From contig OZ250168.1 of the NCBI GenBank assembly GCA_965237935.1, positions 946,814-1,010,813 on the forward strand: 64,000 nucleotides of DNA, written 5' to 3'. The DNA is from Dehalococcoidia bacterium. GTDB taxonomy: Bacteria > Chloroflexota > Dehalococcoidia > Lucifugimonadales > CBDEGW01. Each line of letters opens with the position of its first letter. Position 1 is the stretch's first letter. Below the pieces are notes generated by a model. That model had not been told where the DNA came from. It did not search any database and saw nothing but the letters and a program-made list of their open reading frames with translations. Made by a program: the position numbers and the translations under genes. Of this stretch, positions 60,698-64,000 are shown one piece after another.

Positions 60698-62345
60698 CCG
60701 CCTGGCATTGCCGCTCCGCTACCGGAAGCAACTAAAGGCGCTGCTGGACGAACACGTGCCCGGCGTCGAGGTGTGGGCCTATGGCAGCCGCGTAAACGGC
60801 GAGAGCCACGAGGGAAGCGACCTAGACCTGGCGCTGCGCGGTCCTGCCCTGGAACCGCTGGATGGCGGCTTCTATGACTTGCTGGAGGCGATTGAGAAGT
60901 CGAACATCCCCATCCTGGTCCAAGCGCACGACTGGGCGATGCTGCCGGAGAGCTTCCACAGGGAGATAGAGCGGGACTACGTGGTAGTGCAGCAGGGGGC
61001 CGAGCCAAAACAGGCGGGCGAGTGGCGCAGAGTTGTCTTGGGCGATGTGATTGACCTTCAGCTCAGCAGCGTAGACAAGAAATCAAAGGCAAGTGAACAA
61101 GCTGTACAGCTTTGCAACTACATGGATGTGTACACCAACAACTTCATCTACGCCGATATGGACTTTATGACGGCAACTGCGACTGAGCGAGAGATAGCAA
61201 GGTGTTCACTGGCAGCAGGCGATGTTGTCATCACAAAGGACTCCGAAAAGCATGACGACATCGGCGTTCCAGCACTGGTGCGGGAAGATGTTCCTGACCT
61301 GATCTGCGGCTACCATCTGGCAATCCTTCGTCCGCGCCTATCGGAAATCGGTGGGGCTTATTTGTTCTATGCGTTGAGCACTGACGAAGCTCAACGGCAG
61401 TTCCATTCATACGCAAACGGGATAACCAGATTCGGGTTGCGGAAGGCGGACATCGGCCTTGTAGAAATCCCCCTTCCACCCCTACCGGAACAGCGTGCCA
61501 TCGGCCACGTCCTCGGCACGCTGGACGACAAGATCGAGCTGAACCGGCGCATGAACGAGACGCTGGAGGCGATGGCGCGGGCGCTGTTCAAGTCGTGGTT
61601 CGTGGCCTTCGAGCCGGTCCGCGCCAAGATGGAGGGCCGCTGGCGTCGGGGAGAGTCGCTCCCAGGCATCCCCGCCGACCTCTACGATCTGTTCCCGGAC
61701 AGTCTGGTGGACTCGGAGCTTGGGGAGGTACCGGAGGGGTGGGGGGTGAAGGGGTTGGGGGATTGCATAGATGTGGAAAGGGGATTGTCCTACAAGGGGT
61801 CCGGCCTTTCATCTAGTGGTGTGCCGATGCATAACCTCAACTCTATCTATGAAGGCGGAGGCTATAAGGACGGCGGCATTAAGTATTACAATGGTGACTA
61901 TCAACCACGGCACATTGTAAAGCCTGGAGAAGTGATAGTTGCCAACACAGAGCAGGGCCATGACCGGTTGCTTATCGGCTTTGCGGCAATAGTGCCCAAG
62001 CGGTTTGGAGACCGCGGCTTATTCAGTCATCACATATATCAAGTGCGCCCCAAGAGTTCTTTGGGCCTTACCCATGAGTACATCTGTCAACTTCTGAACA
62101 CTCAGGTCATGCACGACACCGTTAGTGGTTATGCAACCGGTACAACGGTCAATATGCTGCCAATCGATGCGCTAAGGATACCAGAAATAGTAGTGCCAAA
62201 TATTCAGCTTGTAACAACATTCAGTACGATTGCTGAGGCAGCACGAATCAGGCGAGAGCAGGGCATAGAAGAATCCCGCAGTCTAGCTGCGCAGCGTGAC
62301 TCGCTGCTGCCGAGATTGGTGTCGGGAGAGATGGGGGTGGCATGA
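60690..62345 (+). CDS. hsdS: MNT nucleotidyltransferase fused to type I specificity subunit
   Basis: N-terminal YGSR...GSDLDL; then PPLPEQRAI..LDDKIELN, GEVPEGW, RDSLLPRLVSG. Confidence 0.85.
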   Translation: MTDRLALPLRYRKQLKALLDEHVPGVEVWAYGSRVNGESHEGSDLDLALRGPALEPLDGGFYDLLEAIEKSNIPILVQAHDWAMLPESFHREIERDYVVVQQGAEPKQAGEWRRVVLGDVIDLQLSSVDKKSKASEQAVQLCNYMDVYTNNFIYADMDFMTATATEREIARCSLAAGDVVITKDSEKHDDIGVPALVREDVPDLICGYHLAILRPRLSEIGGAYLFYALSTDEAQRQFHSYANGITRFGLRKADIGLVEIPLPPLPEQRAIGHVLGTLDDKIELNRRMNETLEAMARALFKSWFVAFEPVRAKMEGRWRRGESLPGIPADLYDLFPDSLVDSELGEVPEGWGVKGLGDCIDVERGLSYKGSGLSSSGVPMHNLNSIYEGGGYKDGGIKYYNGDYQPRHIVKPGEVIVANTEQGHDRLLIGFAAIVPKRFGDRGLFSHHIYQVRPKSSLGLTHEYICQLLNTQVMHDTVSGYATGTTVNMLPIDALRIPEIVVPNIQLVTTFSTIAEAARIRREQGIEESRSLAAQRDSLLPRLVSGEMGVA

Positions 62346-63163
62346 GTGAGATGAACCTCGTTGGAATCCACGCGAAGCTCTTTCGGGCAGAGCAACAGAT
62401 ACAGAATATCATTGATGAAGCGGACGCGCTCTGCAAGAGAGTCAAACAAGGTATTGTCAGGGACGTGTGTAGTGACGACGAGCAGATCTGGATTTATCGG
62501 AATGAGACCCCTGAGGCACCTCTCAGGTGGTCGATACTCATTGGCGAAATCCTGTACAACTTGCGCTCCGCGCTCGATCATATGGTCTGGCAGTTGGTGC
62601 TAAGCAACGAACAAGCTCCAGGACGCCACAACGAATTCCCCATCGCCAAGAATCAGCAGCACTGGCAGCAAGAAAAGGTCAGAACCCTTAAGGGTGTCAG
62701 TCAAAGACACCAGGCGATGATCGGCTATCTGCAACCGTTTACCGGGGGGATCAATCTTCCATTCGATGTTTCGAAGCTCAAAGTTCTTGATGACCTCAGC
62801 AACATGGAAAAACACAGACACTTGGTCGTTGCAGTCATAGCTTCAAACGGCATTGAGCCGATGACGCTCGAATTCGACCAAGTCGAACTGTGTGATTTGG
62901 ACACAAGAATTCCGTTTAAAGGAACGTCATTTCATGCAAAGATCGAGAAGGGGAAAGTATTAGCCAGATTCAACAATGCAGACACACCTCTCTACCCATT
63001 ATTTCTAGTCGATGTTCGCTTTGCAGGTGAAGCGCAACCCTGGACGATGGGAACCTCAGCGTCCGGTGTGCTTACCAGATGCCTTGATACTGTCAAGGGG
63101 GCCGTAGCATTCCTCACCACTTCGATGGACAACGCCTTTGTCGAAAACAGAAGAAACCCATGA
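62342..63163 (+). CDS. Hypothetical protein between hsdS and hsdR
   Basis: YNLRSALDH...SNMEKHR; lower GC. Confidence 0.65.
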   Translation: MSEMNLVGIHAKLFRAEQQIQNIIDEADALCKRVKQGIVRDVCSDDEQIWIYRNETPEAPLRWSILIGEILYNLRSALDHMVWQLVLSNEQAPGRHNEFPIAKNQQHWQQEKVRTLKGVSQRHQAMIGYLQPFTGGINLPFDVSKLKVLDDLSNMEKHRHLVVAVIASNGIEPMTLEFDQVELCDLDTRIPFKGTSFHAKIEKGKVLARFNNADTPLYPLFLVDVRFAGEAQPWTMGTSASGVLTRCLDTVKGAVAFLTTSMDNAFVENRRNP

Positions 63164-64000
63164 CCACCATCAGCGAAGCCGACGTTGAACAGGCTGCCCT
63201 TGACTGGCTTTCCGCCTTGGGCTGGAAGGTGGCACACGGCCCGGACATCGCGCCAGACACGCCCGGCACCGAGCGCGCCGACTATGGGCAGGTTGTGCTG
63301 GAGCGTCGGGTGCAGGATTCCTTCGCCGAGTTGAACCCCAGCCTGCCCCCATCGGCGCTGGATGATGCATATCGCAAGCTGACCCGCCCGGAGGGATCGA
63401 CGCTGCAGGCGCGCAACCGGGCCTTCCATCGGATGCTGGGTGAGGGCGTGACTGTGGAGTATCGGGACAAGGAAGGACACGTTCGCGGGGCGCAGGTGAA
63501 GATCATCGACTTCGACAATCCCGCCAACAACGACTGGCTGGCCGTCAACCAGTTCACCGTGACTGAAAACAGGAACACCCGTAGGCCGGACATCGTGCTG
63601 TTCGTCAACGGGCTGCCATTAGGCGTCTTCGAGCTGAAGAACCCGGCAGACGAGGACGCCACCATCTGGACGGCCTGGCAGCAACTCCAGACTTACAAGG
63701 CGGAGTTGCCCTCTCTGTTCTCCATGAACGAAGCGCTCCTGGTCTCCGACGGGACCGAGGCCCGTATTGGCACGCTGACATCCGGTCGGGAATGGTTCAA
63801 GCCCTGGCGCACCGTCACCGGGGAGACGCTGGCCGATTCTCACATGAACAATCTTCAAGTGATGCTGGAGGGCGTCTTCGAGCGGGGCCGCTTCCTCTCC
63901 CTCGTCCGCGACTTCATCGTGTTTGAGGACGATGGCAGTGGCACTATGGTCAAGAAGATGGCCTGGTACCACCAGTTCCACGCCGTCAAGGTTGCAGTGG
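63160..64000 (+). CDS. hsdR: Type I R-M restriction subunit (partial)
   Basis: [29 protein letters not shown]. Confidence 0.92.
   Translation, partial: MTTISEADVEQAALDWLSALGWKVAHGPDIAPDTPGTERADYGQVVLERRVQDSFAELNPSLPPSALDDAYRKLTRPEGSTLQARNRAFHRMLGEGVTVEYRDKEGHVRGAQVKIIDFDNPANNDWLAVNQFTVTENRNTRRPDIVLFVNGLPLGVFELKNPADEDATIWTAWQQLQTYKAELPSLFSMNEALLVSDGTEARIGTLTSGREWFKPWRTVTGETLADSHMNNLQVMLEGVFERGRFLSLVRDFIVFEDDGSGTMVKKMAWYHQFHAVKVAV

Overview
GC-rich bacterial DNA whose host gene set (LLM oxidoreductase, amidohydrolases, Liv-type ABC transporter, TIMP-like and scramblase-like proteins) resembles Chloroflexota/Dehalococcoidia (inference). 1-31.9 kb is a decaying myovirus-type prophage on the minus strand: replication genes, ParB-like/methyltransferase/terminase, portal, HK97 capsid, neck, sheath and tube. 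It carries four type II toxin-antitoxin cassettes. It has been hit by one IS1182, two IS1380 copies and four copies of a 165-bp MITE. Its early end is cut off at a cargo-carrying IS1595 element that abuts a truncated IS3. 35.6-53.5 kb is eroding host DNA with gene fragments, a third IS1380, an IS1182-type MITE and an intact Liv-type ABC operon. 53.6-64 kb is an integrative island: a frameshifted large serine recombinase and a type I R-M locus interleaved with a HEPN toxin and an MNT-HsdS fusion. The top candidate for novelty is the 1300-aa tail sheath, with 8 short segments followed by 8 long segments. I read this as a self-nested (S^8 L^8, Russian-doll) stack of one domain. Also notable: the repeated layout small regulator (DUF2292-like, Com-like) > TA cassette > terminator-bearing leader at both late-operon entry points, an HTH-HicB chimeric antitoxin, uniformly leaderless toxin genes, and a MITE that regenerates its own target. 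All family assignments come from motif recognition by eye; no searches were run.
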